DNA of 64,000 bases from Convolutriloba macropyga. Its lineage: Eukaryota. Shown piece by piece: positions 63,001 to 64,000 of the stretch. The translations under genes and the position numbers were made by a program. The notes under the pieces were generated by a model. The model worked only from the letters and a program-made list of their open reading frames with translations, was not told the origin of the DNA and searched no databases. The stretch spans positions 56,916,001 to 56,980,000 of the forward strand of contig NC_134468.1 of the NCBI RefSeq assembly GCF_964194025.1, written 5' to 3'. Numbering within the stretch: the first letter of the stretch is position 1; each line of letters opens with the position of its first letter.

Positions 63001-64000
63001 CTGGATGACAGAACAGAGCGGATTCACATATATCACTCTTTTTATATCCTATCCAAGAATCCTTGTAACCCGCTCAATCGAATTCTGTGGTAATGTCGAC
63101 GTGTTTAGCAGTATGCCACATTCTGTAATATGACGCATTGTCACAGAATAATGCGAGCCGTTTTGTTTTGTTTTTGACTGTTTTGCAAAATTAGGCAGGT
63201 ACTTCAAATGAAATTTTTATTCTGCTTGATGCAAAGGCTCGGAATCAAATATATATTCTCAATGTTAACATCAGAATTGAAAGTTTCTTTTTTGTTTTAC
63301 TCAAGTCTGATCAATTAGTACATTCAAAACTTGGGTTTCAAAACTGTGAAAGATGTTGTCCTTTTGTTTCAAAATTATACTTCCGAGCGGTATTTATTAA
63401 ACAGTTGAACAAAGTATGTGGGTAAACGCTATCTACAGAGCCTCCTTTTTCCAGATTCCGAATTCAAAGGCAATCGCTCTATTTATTTGAAGTATGTGAA
63501 CTGAGAAATAAAACTTTACATCTCATTAGCAGTCAAAACGCTCTCTAACACCTACCCAAATTTCTGAAATGCATTTTTCCATACGGGTATTTTTTGGTTG
63601 TGGTAACTGTCTGTCCCCAAAGTATTTTGATCGGAGCTATTATCGGGCTATTAAACTGCGATAGTTTGACGTGTTTTCGTGGCAATGTTGGTGACTTCCG
63701 GTTGATCGAGGAAAGAGAAATAAGAACCATAAATGATTACAATTTGTGTGCCAATATTGGTCGAGATTTTCAGATTATCTGAGTTAAAATTTTAAACTAC
63801 CGAAAATGGCAAACAAAAAGAGCAACATTAAAACAAAAGCTAATGGAAACTCAACCTGCTCAAAAGATTCAAACAAACAGATGAATGGCAGTTCTCCAAA
63901 GAACACAACTCAAACTGGGAAAGGAAAGGACTCGAAGGATGCAACTTGCAAGATGGTTGAATCGACTCTCGTTTGTGGTGCATGTGAAAAAATGTTGATG

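Noticed and set aside
63545-64000. Short ORFs at the right edge
   Set aside because: No recognisable motifs, and too little context within the window.

Overview
AT-rich, intron-containing eukaryotic DNA, probably from an invertebrate animal. No rRNA, tRNA or CRISPR array was seen. Two host genes can be supported: a 9-exon, three-domain gelsolin/severin-like gene on the minus strand (8859-21318, 338 aa when spliced) and a UFC1 with an uninterrupted CDS (54333-54824, +). Most of the rest is mobile DNA. (1) A decayed CRE-clade non-LTR retrotransposon lies antisense in a gelsolin intron and has an unexpected Tudor-knot/chromo-barrel-like N-terminal segment. (2) A full-length but decayed Ingi/Vingi-like LINE has a 5' stem like the ingi/L1Tc signature, a 2A-like NPGP leader, two PHD fingers, APE, RT, an (AAC)n tail and a TSD. 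(3) A fragmented Polinton/adintovirus-type pPolB gene sits next to a tandem array of strongly self-complementary ~115-bp units and a hairpin rearrangement. (4) A complete BEL/Pao LTR retrotransposon has 199-bp LTRs, a GACTT TSD and a 76-bp structured tandem array in its leader. (5) At least four copies of a large non-coding Helentron/HINE-like family share covarying terminal hairpins. There are also several LINE fossils and local duplications, including a circularly permuted inverted duplication next to UFC1. All calls were made by eye without alignments or database searches, so family assignments rest on recalled motifs and repeat boundaries are approximate.
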